Source: Klebsormidium nitens (Eukaryota; Plantae; Klebsormidiophyceae). Taken from it: DNA of 42,482 nucleotides. This document shows, in pieces, positions 40,101 through 42,482 of the stretch (positions within the stretch are counted from its first letter, which is position 1; each line of letters starts with the position of its first letter). The notes under the pieces were generated by a model that saw only the letters and a program-made list of their open reading frames with translations, was not told the origin of the DNA and did not search any database. The position numbers and the translations under genes are program-made. The stretch covers positions 1-42,482 of the forward strand of contig DF237649.1 of NCBI GenBank assembly GCA_000708835.1. The letters run 5' to 3'.

Positions 40101-41602
40101 AGCAGACCACAAAAACCACACGCTGCCACAGTGTAGAACAACTTGCAAATTGAGAGCTGCAATCATATAGCCTTTCTCGAATGGCAGATAAGTGCGGAGA
40201 GGGGTAATCATGCGTACCTCTTGATGGGGGCCGAGTGCCCCTTCAGCTCTGCCACCTGGTCTAGTTGCAACCCCTGCGGTCCTGGGGAGCTGCTGCCAGG
40301 GTTGATTTTTCCACGTGGGAGGAGGCGCCACACAGAAGCCCCGTACTCTTCGCCTGCAAAGCGACCTCCGTGTTCAGAATGTGCTTTTTTGGGTGTAGGC
40401 AGATGGACAAGGAGAAATTGAAAAGCAGACAAGACTGGGGGTGACTGTACATGAGTGGACAGGAAAAGACGTCGACTAAGGCGCTTCAAATCGTGATGAT
40501 TAACAAACCAAGGGCCACCTTATGGAAGATTCTGGGAATCGGCAAAGGTGGCTGTCGTTCCTATAAGGTGCACAGACCTGATGCATAGCAAACCTAAAAC
40601 TCAGGTCAAAGATAGATCCAGTCAATGTCGAAGATAACATGCTTCTCCGCATTCAAGGCTTCTCGAGCTTGCCAACTCTGGCTTATCACCGTAATGATGG
40701 GGAACCTGGAAAACGCGCTTGGTGACAAAGCAAGCTTGCTCGCAAAAGCAGCGACCCAATCATTAAAAAGCCAAGTGTCCTCGAGATTTGAAGCTCGCTT
40801 ACCATGTCGGTACACTGTTGAAAAGAGCCGAGCGTCAAATGGTGAACACGCTAGATCCCAGATCTCATGGGGGTGATGGTAGACGCCTTCTGAAACAATC
40901 TCGTTGATGCCCTCTGAATAATGCAAGTGGTGGATCTGCCAGTGAGAAAGGAAAGGGGTCGATCGCACCAAGAAACGAGATGCAAGGCCTGAGATTTTCA
41001 CTGGTTTGTCACCCAGTGAGCCTTTCCAGTGATTAGGCGAGGCGCTGTGATGATTGCACAGGATAACACCTCTCTTTCAAACTTCTCACGCAGCTCAGAG
41101 CTCCTTTTGGAGACAATTGCAAATCCGATCACAATCTTTGCTCACTGTCTTGTAGACTTGAAACGCGCTGGTCCTTGTTATCTGCAAACCTGCTTCAACA
41201 ACAAGTGCGATGACCTACTGGGTCAAGGTCCTCACCTCGTTCTCTTCCCGGAGGCTCAAGGTTCCGACCAGAAAGCGGGACCTCTCTCGTTCACCAAGCT
41301 GAGGAGCGATGCATCTTGACTGCAGGAGCAGAAAGGCAACTGTGTGTCTCCTTGACAGCTCGTAGCACACATTCTTCAGCTCAGATGTGCTTGCTTTGAT
41401 CCAGCGCCACCAAGAGTGTGCTGTATAGACCATCATTTTCAATTCAGTTGGTGAGTTGATGGTTCCAGTAGCAATTGAAACGTTTGGCTTTTCTTGTGCA
41501 TCCTTCGCGTCTCAATCTTCAGGCACCTTCAAAGCATTCTCTTGATCAGCTGACCTGATACTTTACTCCATAGCTTGGTGCGCTCCCATTGCCAGATGCC
41601 AT
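37172..41602 (-). CDS. EIPR1: WD40-repeat protein EIPR1/TSSC1 (plant DWA2-like), 12 exons, ~378 aa
   Basis: Exons (minus) 41602-41555, 41319-41236, 40935-40803, 40353-40218, 39908-39678, 39315-39237, 38753-38665, 38363-38318, 38031-37937, 37738-37659, 37453-37395, 37228-37172; sum 1137 nt, in frame. Family motifs SYGVKYQ|SRCI, FLVGTLSLREENE, HPHEIWDLACSPFD, GSWDPH, VRDVDFNP, TAGDDSYIRFWDTR, HNHWIW, EHEDSIYGVAWS, FASLSYDGRV. Confidence 0.95.
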
Positions 41603-42482
41603 TATGCAATTTGACTCTGTTTGCCTGCAACGAGCAACCTATGATTAGAGACAAGCTAGAATTGATGATTTAAAAAGTAGTGGCAAGAATCGCTCTTACA
41701 AGGACGTGTTCAATTAGCATTTTGGGACAGCACAAGTCCCTGCCTGCGTTACATGATCACAGGCCAGGCCACTTCCAGGTAGTTACAAAATCAAATGAAA
41801 GTTGCAGTGCCCCTGCTCAACGCCTCAGATTTTGCTCTGTGAAGGACAGCTTCCTTCCTAGAACCATCTCATATTCGCATTCAAGTGATGAACGAATGTA
41901 CAGCTATTTACGACCAGACGCATTGCCACAACCCTGAAAAATAAGAGCCTGCCACTGTCTCTGAATAGCAAAGCAGTTGAGAGGAAGTCAAAGCAAAAAG
42001 CAGTTGCAATATGCATCAAGCTCAGTCACTATGGTTCCCCACCTGATTTGGGATTTGAGATCTTATAGCGTGACAACTGCCATGATACCCTCCACCACTG
42101 CCTTTTCTCTTCTCAACTGGAACGGATTGCCTCAACACCCTCTGTAAAGATCGATGTGCAACTCGGACGAATGCAAACTGATCAGATCATATTAGAGCAG
42201 ATCGTGACGACTACCTTTCTTTGCTGACGTTCAAGCTAAGACCTGAATTTGTCCTTCTAGCTGTGGACAACCTGGTGGAACGAAATGAGAAGCAGGAGCA
42301 GCCAGGCCAATTGAGCTCAGCCACGTGTTGGCACGTGTCCAAAAAGGCTGAAATTCTCGAAAAAGCAGCAACACCCTCGCCAACACCTTGAGCAGAGCTC
42401 TGCTATGGGTGCGCAATGCGCTTTCTGCGCCCTACGCCTAGCCTCCTCTTCCCAGCTGAGCCGAACGAACGTCAAGATTGTG

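Noticed and set aside
33968-41602. F-box and WDxR-containing EIPR1/DWA2 as a co-located ubiquitin-ligase cluster
   Set aside because: They use different cullin systems, and EIPR1 is a conserved trafficking/housekeeping gene; adjacency alone gives no evidence of functional linkage.

Overview
Eukaryotic nuclear DNA with GT-AG spliceosomal introns of mostly ~0.2-1 kb. The plant-type NDUFAF7 and EIPR1/DWA2 sequences, the F-box family type and TTTTAGGG-like repeats suggest a streptophyte alga such as Klebsormidium (inference). I reconstructed five genes by hand from splice sites and frame continuity. (1) A 32-exon, ~2087-aa cytosolic hybrid kinase (600-22663, +): Ser/Thr kinase, STAND/AAA_16 NTPase with winged helix, helical TPR-like region, GAF, HisKA, HATPase_c, degenerate receiver, intact receiver. 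This is the HstK / fungal Chk1-Mak type, which is not part of the standard land-plant histidine-kinase set. (2) A 2-exon tubby/LURP/DUF6593-like gene (-). (3) NDUFAF7/MidA (9 exons, +). (4) An intronless F-box-like gene (-). (5) EIPR1/TSSC1 (DWA2-like) WD40 gene (12 exons, -). A broken ORF chain at 34.8-36.2 kb has weak exonuclease-like motifs. The most unusual structural signal is that many introns of the hybrid kinase contain decayed tandem copies of the adjacent exon edge with its splice site (units ~115-285 bp). Degenerate telomere-like tracts and G-quadruplex-like motifs also occur in introns. I found no rRNA, tRNA, CRISPR array or intact transposon.
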